Below are positions 37,525 to 47,092 of a stretch of DNA of 64,000 bases, piece by piece. The stretch's first letter is position 1, and the number at the start of each line of letters is the position of its first letter. Origin of the DNA: a virus. Location: IMG/VR virus record IMGVR_UViG_3300045988_122195, positions 50,227 to 114,226 of that record; one strand, given 5' to 3'. Below the pieces are notes generated by a model. It was not told the DNA's origin. It was given only the letters and a program-made list of their open reading frames with translations, and made no database searches. Both the position numbers and the translations under genes were made by a program.

Positions 37525-37634
37525 GCCATATGAGACCTTCATTCCTTGAGCAAGAATGATGAAATCGGTACAAAAATGCTCAATTCTGTATTTTACATTC
37601 GTGTGTTATGCGAGCAGCACGAATGACATATGGC
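37525..37634 (+). other. structured spacer between the tRNA genes
   Basis: 8-bp long-range complement GCCATATG (37525-37532) / CATATGGC (37627-37634) enclosing two hairpins: TTCATTC-CTTGAGCAAG-AATGATGAA and CATTCGTG (37596-37603) / CACGAATG (37618-37625). Confidence 0.3.
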
Positions 37635-37674
37635 ATTACCCCAACATAGGGTATTTACATTTTACAAAATGGTT

Positions 37675-37744
37675 TGACTGTTAGCTCAGATGGGAGAGTA
37701 TCTATTGCAAGAGAGGGTCGCAGGTTCGAATCCTGTACAGTCAA
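37675..37744 (+). tRNA. tRNA-like element (possible tRNA-Cys GCA or Ala TGC, or pseudo-tRNA) with non-canonical anticodon arm
   Basis: Perfect acceptor TGACTGT/ACAGTCA, D arm GCTC-AGATGGGA-GAGT, canonical T arm GCAGG-TTCGAAT-CCTGT; only 19 nt between D stem and T stem, so no clean 5-bp/7-nt anticodon arm; contains TTGCAA. Confidence 0.45.
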
Positions 37745-38019
37745 CTCGTCGCAGAAGACATTTGATTTTTGCATTCATGTTTTGCACACCTCCTTTCTTA
37801 AAGTGCAAAGTAGGTTGTTAGTTCATTGGTAGAACATCTTATTGAAAAATAATGCAGTCCTGTTCTTTTCGCTTTCTCAACGATGTAATGCATTATAATA
37901 GGAAGAAACACGTTCGAGTCGTGTACAATCTATTAGTCTTGGTTGACTTACCACTTTCAAACGAGGACTTAAAATTCGGTAGTAAAGTGGAGAATAATAT
38001 TAATAGGTGGTGAAAAATT

Positions 38020-38361
38020 ATGAGATGTCCGTATTGTGACAAAGAAATGATTAAGAAGTACAAGATTAAGCACTTCTGTAATTTCGATGATCCGTATGAC
38101 TCATGGGAGAAAGAAATACATATTTGTAAGAAGTGTGGAATCAAGAAAGTAGATGGAAAATGGAAGATTCCACATAAGTATAGAAGACCATCAACCAATC
38201 AGATTCGCAGATGCAAGACTTTGGCTAAGATATACGACATAGATTTTGAGCCACTTCTTGCAAGGCAGTGCAAGAGATTCATCGCGAGAATGCTTGATAG
38301 ATTACACAATCAGGGTCATTATTGCGATGAAGAACTCCATATCATTGGAGAGAATAAATAA
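38020..38361 (+). CDS. zinc-ribbon protein
   Basis: 113 aa; MRCPYCDKE ... CKKCG; ends IIGENK*. Confidence 0.5.
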   Translation: MRCPYCDKEMIKKYKIKHFCNFDDPYDSWEKEIHICKKCGIKKVDGKWKIPHKYRRPSTNQIRRCKTLAKIYDIDFEPLLARQCKRFIARMLDRLHNQGHYCDEELHIIGENK

Positions 38362-38379
38362 GAAAAGGAGATAAGTAAC

Positions 38380-38619
38380 ATGACGAGAGAAGAAAGAATG
38401 CAGAAAAGAAGAGACGCAGGTAAGGTTTACACTTATAAGAAGAATCCTTATGAAAAAGGGACTAAGGAATGGGTTAAGGAAGAACTTGCTAGATCAGAGA
38501 AAAGAAAATCTAAGAAACCACATTACGCTAAGATGACTTCTGTATTTGCTAAGTTGGACAATGAGCTTGCAAAAGCTGAACTTGCTGCAAAGAAGAAGTC
38601 CAAAAAAGAGGGTAAGTAA
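38380..38619 (+). CDS. basic Lys-rich small protein
   Basis: 79 aa; RBS aaaaggagataagtaacATG. Confidence 0.5.
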   Translation: MTREERMQKRRDAGKVYTYKKNPYEKGTKEWVKEELARSEKRKSKKPHYAKMTSVFAKLDNELAKAELAAKKKSKKEGK

Positions 38620-38856
38620 ATGAGAGAAACTTTATTTTGGATTACCATTATTGTTGGAATTGCACTTGGTATTTACACTGGCGGTTGGTTATTATTCATT
38701 AAACCAATTATTATTGTATGCACTGCATATGATGCAGGGACACTTACAGGGAGTATGATTGGATGGACAATTATCAAATGTTTAGTGTTTGCGCCAATTG
38801 TTGCAAAAGTAATTGTGAATGTTGCGCTTGCGATTGCAAAAGCCATTTTGGATTAA
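38620..38856 (+). CDS. small membrane protein (2 TM; holin-like size)
   Basis: 78 aa; LFWITIIVGIALGIYTGGWLLFIKPIIIV and LVFAPIVAKVIVNVALAIA. Confidence 0.45.
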   Translation: MRETLFWITIIVGIALGIYTGGWLLFIKPIIIVCTAYDAGTLTGSMIGWTIIKCLVFAPIVAKVIVNVALAIAKAILD

Positions 38857-38874
38857 TTTCGATAGGAGGCAGAC

Positions 38875-39156
38875 ATGAAACTTTTTGAAACAGTAGACGA
38901 TAAATTGAATGATATCGGATTTGTAAAAGTGAATGAAGACAAGTACGGTGTTGAGTACGAAAGAAAAAATGATGAATTCAATTACACACAGGTAGTTTCA
39001 ATTCTTCACAAAGCTTCAGGTAGACATATTTTACAGTCTTGTGATAAAGATTTGATGGACGAAGCAAAAATTGGAAACGTTGGTGTTGGACTTACAGGAT
39101 ATGAGATGAAATTGTTCTTAAAGAAGATGAAGCAGATTGGTTTGTATAGTATATAG
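38875..39156 (+). CDS. hypothetical protein
   Basis: 93 aa; RBS ataggaggcagacATG. Confidence 0.45.
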   Translation: MKLFETVDDKLNDIGFVKVNEDKYGVEYERKNDEFNYTQVVSILHKASGRHILQSCDKDLMDEAKIGNVGVGLTGYEMKLFLKKMKQIGLYSI

Positions 39157-39174
39157 TAAAAAGAGGGCAAATAA

Positions 39175-39372
39175 ATGAAAGAACCTTTCTTGAAAATTCT
39201 TGGTATTATTATCGGAATCTTCATTGTACTTGCACTTAGTTGGATTGTTACATGTGGATTTATAAAACTGATTACAATTTGCTTTGGGTGGACATTCAAA
39301 TGGTCAATTGCAACTGGAATTTGGTTAATACTGTTATTACTAGAAGCAACATTAAAACCTGAATCAAAATAG
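39175..39372 (+). CDS. small membrane protein
   Basis: 65 aa; two hydrophobic helices. Confidence 0.4.
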   Translation: MKEPFLKILGIIIGIFIVLALSWIVTCGFIKLITICFGWTFKWSIATGIWLILLLLEATLKPESK

Positions 39373-39384
39373 GAGAATAAGCCA

Positions 39385-39660
39385 ATGATAGAAATTATAG
39401 AAACTAATCTTGCTATAGATGAGAATAAAGATATTAGAGATCATCAGTCAAGAGTAGTTCTTGCAGATGATTGGGAAAGTTATTGTGAAGCATATGAAAA
39501 ATATGATGGATCAAGGGTGGTATTTCCATCAAAGAATCCTGGTGCTAGTATCTATGAAGATAGAAATATAGAGGACTTGGAGCATGATGAGTATCATTTG
39601 TATTGCAGAATAGTCAATGAGCATTTTACAGGTACGAGACTTGCATACAAAATCAGTTGA
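39385..39660 (+). CDS. hypothetical protein
   Basis: 91 aa; RBS ataggagaataagccaATG. Confidence 0.45.
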   Translation: MIEIIETNLAIDENKDIRDHQSRVVLADDWESYCEAYEKYDGSRVVFPSKNPGASIYEDRNIEDLEHDEYHLYCRIVNEHFTGTRLAYKIS

Positions 39661-39676
39661 TGAAAACAAAGTTTCA
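39661..39676 (+). terminator. hairpin TGAAAC-AAA-GTTTCA after gene end, followed by TTAAACATC
   Basis: Same motif family. Confidence 0.35.
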
Positions 39677-39912
39677 TTAAACATCTTAATCAAGAACCAA
39701 ATCGGTTCACAATTTCAAATTAAATCAAAACTAAATAGAGAATAAAAATATGGTCGTACAGCGTACCTTTGGTTTTTTGTACCATGAAATCGCTGTTTCA
39801 TATAGATTTTACATAAATTTATTTTTGTGTTCCGTCCGGTTGGACGTTTAGATAGATTGTTTTATTAACAATATTTTACATAAATTTTTATTTTTAAGGA
39901 GGTCAAAATTTT

Positions 39913-41133
39913 ATGAATTTTGAAATGACAGGAAAACTAAGCATCAGTAAAGAGACAGAGAAGTTTCATCCTTATACTGAGAAGACTTATCCATCAGGTT
40001 GGGTAAGAAAACAGTTATTCTTCAATGTAACATGTGGAGATAACAGACATATGTTAACTGTTACAGCAGGTGCATTTGCTGATGGACACGGTGATATCTA
40101 TTCATTCACTAAAGGTGGAGTAGATGAGAACGGTAATAAAGTAAAAGGTGAGTCTATTCAGATTCCATTTAAAGAAAGACTTACATCTCCTAGACTTGCA
40201 GAGATTGCTGAGTTTAAGAAGTTCATCATTGATCTTGAGCACCCAGGAAGAAGATATAAGCTTCAGAACATTGCAGACAAACTTCATGAGGGCAAAGAAC
40301 TTACAGATGAAGAGCTTAAATCAGTTGGTCTTGAGTCAAAAGATGATGTTACAACAGCTCTTGAGAAGAGCAATAAGAAGAGACACGAGTTTATTTCAGA
40401 AATGGATTACATCGACTTCATTAAGAAAGTAATTGATTCTGAGAAATATAAAGACAAGTTGTTCTTTATTCGTGGCAATGGTGAATATCAGTATTCAGAT
40501 AGCCAGCAGAAAGTATATGAGTCTTATATTCCTACAAGAATCTATCTTGCAGCAGATGATGCAGAACCGTCTTCAACAGCAACAATCAACATCATCTTCA
40601 ATAGTGAAAGTCTTGATGAGATGAGCGTAGAGGAAAAAGGTAAGTATTATGTGAATGGTCATATGATGGAATACGATCAGAATCGTAAGGCTAATATTCC
40701 TGTTCCAGTTACAATTGTAATTCCTGTTCCAGAAGATGATGAAAAAGGAAAGAAAAAAGCTGAAGCATTTAGGCACAAATTTATGGTAGATGACGATACT
40801 TATAAAGAGTATGGTGCGATTGTTAATATGCTTAATGGAGCGCAGAAAACAGAAATAACAGAGGATATGCTTACTGACGAACAGCGAGAAGATTTGGATT
40901 TAGGGATTATTACAATGGATGATATTCGAGCCGAGATTGGTGGAAATGTATATGGCGATAGAATTCGTGAATATCAGCTTGTAAAACCTGCTCGTGGATT
41001 TACTAAAGGAAGACAGGATACGGTTTGGACTGACGAAGATATGATTATTAAACCTATAGAGGAAGCAATCCCGGATTCAGAAGACCTGTTTGAAAATGAA
41101 GTTGTCGATGATGATGATGATGACATTCTGTAA
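39913..41133 (+). CDS. putative single-stranded DNA-binding protein (acidic C-terminal tail)
   Basis: 406 aa; strong RBS taaggaggtcaaaattttATG; terminal VVDDDDDDIL acidic tail typical of SSBs; first gene of replication module. Confidence 0.45.
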   Translation: MNFEMTGKLSISKETEKFHPYTEKTYPSGWVRKQLFFNVTCGDNRHMLTVTAGAFADGHGDIYSFTKGGVDENGNKVKGESIQIPFKERLTSPRLAEIAEFKKFIIDLEHPGRRYKLQNIADKLHEGKELTDEELKSVGLESKDDVTTALEKSNKKRHEFISEMDYIDFIKKVIDSEKYKDKLFFIRGNGEYQYSDSQQKVYESYIPTRIYLAADDAEPSSTATINIIFNSESLDEMSVEEKGKYYVNGHMMEYDQNRKANIPVPVTIVIPVPEDDEKGKKKAEAFRHKFMVDDDTYKEYGAIVNMLNGAQKTEITEDMLTDEQREDLDLGIITMDDIRAEIGGNVYGDRIREYQLVKPARGFTKGRQDTVWTDEDMIIKPIEEAIPDSEDLFENEVVDDDDDDIL

Positions 41134-41192
41134 GTACGAGGGCTATATGCTCTCTAATAATAAAATATATTTACTATAAGGAGAATTGACAT

Positions 41193-42383
41193 ATGGAATT
41201 ACCAGTAATTAATAAAATTTCAACAGATATTAAGGATTTAACTATTTATTTACGTTCTATTAAAAAGTTTGGAAAATCAACTTTGTTTAGAGATACGATT
41301 ATTGCAAAATACGGAGATCCTTGTAATGGACTTCTTGCCCAGTGTGGTAAGGAAAAAGGAGTAAAGCTTCTTGATAATGTAAATAGTACAAGAATTAGAA
41401 GCTATGAAGATGTTGTTGAATTAAAAGAGTACTTAGTACATAAAAGATTATTTGAAAGAGACGAAAAAGGAAAAGTAGTCAAAGGGAAGTATGTGCCAGC
41501 ACCACATAATATCAAAATTGTTTGTTTCGATACTGTTGATGAATTAGTACCATTCTTTGAGGCAGAAACAATTAGGATTAGCAATATTGAAAATCCAAGT
41601 AAAAAGGTTAAAACAATTAATGCGGCGATGGGTGGATATCAAGAAGGTCAAAAGTACGCAGCGAATATGATTAAAGATTATCTTGAAGAAATTGTTGACG
41701 CAGGAATCGGTGTATGGGCTATTGCGCATACAAAATTCAAAACAATCAAAGAAAAGGGCGGTCTTGAAGAAGATGGATATCAGCAGTTAACTTCAAATCT
41801 TGTAAGTGCATATGAAGCTGCTTTTGGAGACATTTTTGATGTAACACTTACTGGAGTTATCGACAGGAATGTAGAAATAAGAGGGGAAGGAGATAACGCT
41901 AAACGTTACGCAACGGATGAGGTGAGAAAACTTTATTTCCGTGGAACTACCCTCATTGATGCAGGTGGAAGATTTGCAGACGGAGCTGTTCCAGAATATT
42001 TGGTTTTTGATAAAGGAAACATGGGATCCGAGTTTGTAAAAACTGTAGAGGAAGGTATGGAGAAATCTAAGACAGAACTTAGTAAAAGACCAAAGGCTAC
42101 AGCACCTGTAAAAGCAGCAACCACAGAGTCAACGCCAACTCCAACAGCACAGGAAGAAGAAGTTCCTTTTGCGGAAGACGATATTGATGACATCGACACG
42201 CCTGCAACAGAAGAAGCATCTAGTGATTATCCAGAAGACCTTGATGGAGTAATCAGAACAATGTTCAAAGAGTGCAAAGATGCAGACCTCAAAGCAAAGG
42301 TTAAAGCTGTAATCGCAGAGTATGGAAAACTTAATGATGTTAACGAAGATGGTCTGAAAAAGATTTACGACATGATGAAATAG
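41193..42383 (+). CDS. putative RecA-like/AAA ATPase recombination-replication protein with acidic Thr/Pro-rich C-terminus
   Basis: 396 aa; deviant P-loop LRSIKKFGKSTLF; low-complexity tail KATAPVKAATTESTPTPTAQEEEVPFAEDDIDDIDTP. Confidence 0.4.
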   Translation: MELPVINKISTDIKDLTIYLRSIKKFGKSTLFRDTIIAKYGDPCNGLLAQCGKEKGVKLLDNVNSTRIRSYEDVVELKEYLVHKRLFERDEKGKVVKGKYVPAPHNIKIVCFDTVDELVPFFEAETIRISNIENPSKKVKTINAAMGGYQEGQKYAANMIKDYLEEIVDAGIGVWAIAHTKFKTIKEKGGLEEDGYQQLTSNLVSAYEAAFGDIFDVTLTGVIDRNVEIRGEGDNAKRYATDEVRKLYFRGTTLIDAGGRFADGAVPEYLVFDKGNMGSEFVKTVEEGMEKSKTELSKRPKATAPVKAATTESTPTPTAQEEEVPFAEDDIDDIDTPATEEASSDYPEDLDGVIRTMFKECKDADLKAKVKAVIAEYGKLNDVNEDGLKKIYDMMK

Positions 42384-42397
42384 GAGAATAAGTGTTT

Positions 42398-42883
42398 ATG
42401 GCAAGAAAAGTTAAATGCCGTAAATGTGGTTCTCAAATAGATCAAAAGACAGCTTTCAAAGTAGTAGTAGGTAAGGTTAATACCTACTACTGCAATGAAG
42501 AAGAATATGATTTAGTCCTTGCTGAAAGAAAAGTAAAGGATGATACATATGAATGCATTAATAAGATATTTGGATACATTATAACAAATACGGCTATATA
42601 TAAAGAAATAAATGCTCTTGTAAAGGTGTACGGTTATGAACTTATCCTGTCATATTTGCAGGAGAATTTTGACTATTTACATAATTTGATGAGTAGGGAT
42701 TTTGAAAAAGAATACGGAAGAATAAGGTATTTTTCTGTTGTCCTAAGTAATAACCTTGCTGATTATAAGAAAGCTCAAGAAGTCAATGTGGAAGAGTCTG
42801 CTATCAGAGAAGTCGTAGTTGATATGCCAGAAATCCATTATAAACGAAAAAATAAGCGCAGAGCATTAGACGAAATAGAATAG
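42398..42883 (+). CDS. hypothetical protein with N-terminal zinc ribbon (track 42392..42883)
   Basis: MARKVKCRKCGSQIDQ...YYCNEEEYD. Confidence 0.5.
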   Translation: MARKVKCRKCGSQIDQKTAFKVVVGKVNTYYCNEEEYDLVLAERKVKDDTYECINKIFGYIITNTAIYKEINALVKVYGYELILSYLQENFDYLHNLMSRDFEKEYGRIRYFSVVLSNNLADYKKAQEVNVEESAIREVVVDMPEIHYKRKNKRRALDEIE

Positions 42884-42897
42884 GCGGTACGATAGAT

Positions 42898-44448
42898 ATG
42901 GCAGAATATATATCAGGAGTTAAAGAAAAATATCCATCTCAGTTGTTAAAGAACAGGATCGAAGTTGAGGGAAATGTAATTAGTTGTTTCTTTAAAGACA
43001 TGTTATTACTCGATGACACATGTTTTGACAGAAATGATTTTATAACAAGCGATGGAAGATTTTATTTCGCAATGCTTAATCAGCTTAGAATTAAAGGGTT
43101 TTATTCTTTAGATGAGGTAACAATTCTTTCTAATCTTCCGGAAGAAACGATTGAAATTTACGAAGATATGGGCGGTTGGGAAACCATTCAACATCAGATT
43201 GATATTATCAATACACAGAATTTTGATACTTATATTGATATTTTGTATCGTGAAAATATTATTCTTAAATTACATGATGATGGTTTTAACCTACTCAAAG
43301 AGATTGAAAGCAATGGTAAAAAGATTATTCCTCTAAAGATGTTTAGAAAAATGACATCAGAAGAAGTTACAGATTGGTATGAGGCAAGAATAAGTTCTTA
43401 TGGAACTGGATATTCTAGCAAGATTCTTGAGGAAGAAGAGATTGACTTTGATGATGAATTTATTGATTCTTGTGCAGATGGTGAAGAAAATGGAGTTCCG
43501 TTTGATATTGCCGGATATGATGTAAATGGCGAAGAAATGAATTGTTTTCCATTTTTATCAAACCAAACATTAGGACTCTTAGAGGGAACATTTACTATGA
43601 TGGGTGGTTTCTCATCATGTGGTAAGTCAACTTGGTTTGTAACAATAATTATGGCTTTACTACATAGAGACCGTAAAGTATTGATTATATCAAACGAGGA
43701 AAGCATTAAGAAATTCAAGGTTAAGTTCATGGTTTGGCTTCTTGGAAAATATAATCGCTATTTTAAACTTACAAAAAAGAAGATGACTTCTGGGAATATT
43801 ACTAAAGAAGATAGAGAGCATCTTGCTCTTGTTCAGAAATATTGGAGAGAAAATTATAAGGGACGAGTAAAATTTATTTCCATTGAAGATGCAAACATGA
43901 GTGTTGTAAAGAAGAAAATCAGAGAAAATGTATTACGCTATGCATATGATACTGTGCTTTATGACACGTTTAAAATGCAGGAATCGGATATGACAAGTAG
44001 CAGACAGGACTTAGCTCTTATTAGAGATAGTAGAGATTTACATAAGCTGGCTAAGAAATACAATCTTATCATGATGGCTTCAGTACAGTTGTCGGAATCA
44101 ACAAGAGGTCAGTTGTTTTTGTCTTCTGGTAACACATCAAATAGTCGTCAGCTTAAAGAGATCTTGGAAAATTATTTCCTTATGAGGAATATGTATCCAG
44201 AAGAATTTGAAGAAAAGGGCAAATATTACTGTCGTCCATTCAGACTGAAAAAGGTCAATGAAAAGTGGATTGAAGAACCATATAAAATTGATCCTACTGG
44301 CGTGTATAGATGTTTATTTGTTGAGAAAGCACGAAATGGTGTTAACTCACAGGATAATGGGAAAGCGTATATCCTAAAATATGATGGGGATCATTCTATT
44401 TTTAGAGAAATTGCACAATGTTATCCGAAACATGGAGAAATTAGGTAA
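42898..44448 (+). CDS. dnaB: DnaB-like replicative DNA helicase
   Basis: 516 aa; Walker A MMGGFSSCGKSTWFV; DnaB-like LIMMASVQLSESTRGQ; Walker B-like VLYDTF. Confidence 0.8.
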   Translation: MAEYISGVKEKYPSQLLKNRIEVEGNVISCFFKDMLLLDDTCFDRNDFITSDGRFYFAMLNQLRIKGFYSLDEVTILSNLPEETIEIYEDMGGWETIQHQIDIINTQNFDTYIDILYRENIILKLHDDGFNLLKEIESNGKKIIPLKMFRKMTSEEVTDWYEARISSYGTGYSSKILEEEEIDFDDEFIDSCADGEENGVPFDIAGYDVNGEEMNCFPFLSNQTLGLLEGTFTMMGGFSSCGKSTWFVTIIMALLHRDRKVLIISNEESIKKFKVKFMVWLLGKYNRYFKLTKKKMTSGNITKEDREHLALVQKYWRENYKGRVKFISIEDANMSVVKKKIRENVLRYAYDTVLYDTFKMQESDMTSSRQDLALIRDSRDLHKLAKKYNLIMMASVQLSESTRGQLFLSSGNTSNSRQLKEILENYFLMRNMYPEEFEEKGKYYCRPFRLKKVNEKWIEEPYKIDPTGVYRCLFVEKARNGVNSQDNGKAYILKYDGDHSIFREIAQCYPKHGEIR

Positions 44449-44463
44449 TAAAAAGTAAATGAG

Positions 44464-45504
44464 GTGCTAGGTGATATGCTTGAAGATGTTAAGAAAGAAT
44501 TATTAAATCACCCTGATAAACTCAAAGAAGTATTGGAACATTTCGGTTATTGTAATATTGTCATTCGAGACAGATATATGCAATTCGGAAGAGATGAAGT
44601 CTCATCAAAGAAATCAATTGTAATCAATTTAAAAGAAAATAGATTCTTATATGTACATGATTATGCGAGAAATATTCAAGCAGATTTATTCTCTTATATT
44701 ATTTCACAGCGTCATGTTGAATTTAAAGAAGTATTAAATGAAGTTAAACATGTTCTTGGAATTACAGATTATTTTGATTTCTTTGGCAAAAGAGGAATCT
44801 TTGGAGGGTTTTATGAGAGGGTAAGAAAAAGACGAACAGCCAGTGAGTCTAAGATTTATGATGAATCGATTTTAAATCAGTTTTCTCAATGTGGAAACAT
44901 GAGATTTCTTAAAGACAACATATCACTTAGAACTCAAAGGTTCTTTGAAATAGGTTATGACGTAGAATCTCAAGGAATAACAATACCAATTAGAAATCAG
45001 TTTGGTCAGCTAATGGGTGTAAAAGAAAGATTTAACTATGATGTAGAAGATGGCGAAATAAAGTATTTTTATCAGAGTCCGTGTTTAATGAGCAATACAT
45101 TATATGGATATTCGCAAAATTATGAATTCTTAACTGGTGGCGAAGTGTTGATATTCGAAGCAGAAAAATCAACAATGCAATGCCATACGTATGGAATTAG
45201 AAATTGTGTTTCTCTTGGTAGTGGAAGTATAAGCAAAAAACAGATACAGATATTGCTTGAGCTTAATCCTAAGAAAGTAATATTCATGCACGATGCAGGA
45301 TATAAGATGGAATACATTATGAGAAATATTGATTTTTTGAAAGGTTATTCAAGGTTTTCTGAATTACAGATTGGTTATTGGGATTACTTTGACAAAGGAT
45401 ACACCGACAAAGTTTCTCCATCTGATATGGGTAAAGAAAAATTAAAGCACATATTAAACAATGAGATAAAAATGATCGGAGATGATGATGACGAAGAATT
45501 ATAA
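44464..45504 (+). CDS. TOPRIM-domain DNA primase (DnaG-like)
   Basis: 346 aa; TOPRIM-like LIFEAEKSTMQ (conserved Glu) and VIFMHDAGYK (DxD-like); sits between helicase and nuclease genes. Confidence 0.5.
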   Translation: MLGDMLEDVKKELLNHPDKLKEVLEHFGYCNIVIRDRYMQFGRDEVSSKKSIVINLKENRFLYVHDYARNIQADLFSYIISQRHVEFKEVLNEVKHVLGITDYFDFFGKRGIFGGFYERVRKRRTASESKIYDESILNQFSQCGNMRFLKDNISLRTQRFFEIGYDVESQGITIPIRNQFGQLMGVKERFNYDVEDGEIKYFYQSPCLMSNTLYGYSQNYEFLTGGEVLIFEAEKSTMQCHTYGIRNCVSLGSGSISKKQIQILLELNPKKVIFMHDAGYKMEYIMRNIDFLKGYSRFSELQIGYWDYFDKGYTDKVSPSDMGKEKLKHILNNEIKMIGDDDDEEL

Positions 45505-47092
45505 TATCTTAAATGATTGCAGAGGTATGTATGAGGAAGAAATTTTTAATACGATTCTTGAACAAAGAGGTATTGATGATATTGAAGGGTTTCTTCGTCC
45601 TACAGAAAAAAATCTATTACCATTAGATAGCTTGGTTAATATAGACTACGCTGCAAGAAGAGTTGAATTAGCTATCGAAAATAAAGAAAGAGTTGCGGTA
45701 TTATGGGATACAGACACGGACGGTGTGTCGTCCGGTGCTATTATCACAAGATATTTAGACAATTTCCTTTTTACCAAGGCAGTTCCTTTTATTGATGAAG
45801 GTAAGAAACATGGTCTTAAAGGACAGGATTTAAAAAAATTCATGTCATTTGATTTACTTATTATTGTGGATAGCTTGGACAATAGCGAAAAACAATATAA
45901 AGAATTAAGTGATAATGGCGTAGATGTTATCATTCTTGATCACCATGCAATTAACTCAAAGATTCCGTATGATGATTATGTAATCTTGGTATCGTCTCAG
46001 AGGTCATATGATAATCCACATCTTTCAGGTTCTGGTGTAGTATGGAAGTTCTGTAAATATCTTGATAGTAAATTTGGTACTTATTATGCAGATGAATTAA
46101 TGGACTTAGCAGCTTGTGGTTTGGTATCCGACATGATGGATATGACCGTTATGGAGAATAGATATATTGTATATCAAGGACTACAACAAATTTATAATCC
46201 TGCAATTAAAAAGATAGTTGGCAGTTTTCCTTTTAATAGTACAGCAATTTCTTTTAGTATTGCGCCAATTATTAATGCTGCGAATAGAATGGGCAAAAAT
46301 GAAGTTGCTGTAAAAGCATTTCTTGCAGACGAAAATAAGACGGTTCTTAAATACATTAAAGAATTAAAAGGTTGTAAAGAAGATCAGAATGAAGAAGTAG
46401 ATAGATTACTTCCTGACGTGATTGAGCAATGTGAACAGCAATTACATAAAAAAATGATTACAGTTTTAATTGATACTCCTTATGGTGTAGCAGGATTACT
46501 TGGAAATAAATTACTAGAAAAATACAAACGACCAATCCTTGTATTAAAGGATGTTGGTAATAAATATGCAGGTTCTATGAGAGCTGTTGGTGTAGAAGAT
46601 TTTAGACGAATCTGTAATGATAGTGGATTAGCCAAAGTTGATGGACATGAACTTGCAGCAGGAATTCAAATTAATAAAAATGATTTCGAACAATTCTTAT
46701 CTTATATCGAGAATAATCTCCATGAATTAAAACTTGATACAACGGTTACTGTAGATGCTCAGATTGATGTGTCTGACATTACAAGAAAACTAATTGACTA
46801 TATTAAGCAGATTGACTTAGTGTCTGGCGAAAACTTTAAATCTGTACGATTCTTTATTGATGGAATTACAGATTATGAGATTGGTCAGATGAGTAATTAT
46901 AAGCATCTTGTGGTTAAACCGAATGACTATTTACAGATTATTAAATGGAATTTCAATGGATCTTTTGATGAATATGAAGACCATAGCATGATAAATGATG
47001 AGTTGGAAATCGTTTGTAGTTTGGACTCTGGTTTCCTTGGTAGAAAGTTTGTATTGAAAGCAGTGTGTGATGAAATTGGAGAGGTTAGTTAG
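45482..47092 (+). CDS. DHH-family phosphoesterase / RecJ-like exonuclease
   Basis: 536 aa; DHH motif I VAVLWDTDTDGVSSGAII, motif III ILDHHAIN. Confidence 0.75.
   Translation: MMMTKNYNILNDCRGMYEEEIFNTILEQRGIDDIEGFLRPTEKNLLPLDSLVNIDYAARRVELAIENKERVAVLWDTDTDGVSSGAIITRYLDNFLFTKAVPFIDEGKKHGLKGQDLKKFMSFDLLIIVDSLDNSEKQYKELSDNGVDVIILDHHAINSKIPYDDYVILVSSQRSYDNPHLSGSGVVWKFCKYLDSKFGTYYADELMDLAACGLVSDMMDMTVMENRYIVYQGLQQIYNPAIKKIVGSFPFNSTAISFSIAPIINAANRMGKNEVAVKAFLADENKTVLKYIKELKGCKEDQNEEVDRLLPDVIEQCEQQLHKKMITVLIDTPYGVAGLLGNKLLEKYKRPILVLKDVGNKYAGSMRAVGVEDFRRICNDSGLAKVDGHELAAGIQINKNDFEQFLSYIENNLHELKLDTTVTVDAQIDVSDITRKLIDYIKQIDLVSGENFKSVRFFIDGITDYEIGQMSNYKHLVVKPNDYLQIIKWNFNGSFDEYEDHSMINDELEIVCSLDSGFLGRKFVLKAVCDEIGEVS

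Noticed and set aside
37780-37860. Possible third tRNA (GTTCATTGGTAGAAC D-arm-like sequence)
   Set aside because: The following sequence forms a TTATT-GAAA-AATAA tetraloop hairpin rather than a 7-nt anticodon loop, and no T-arm follows.
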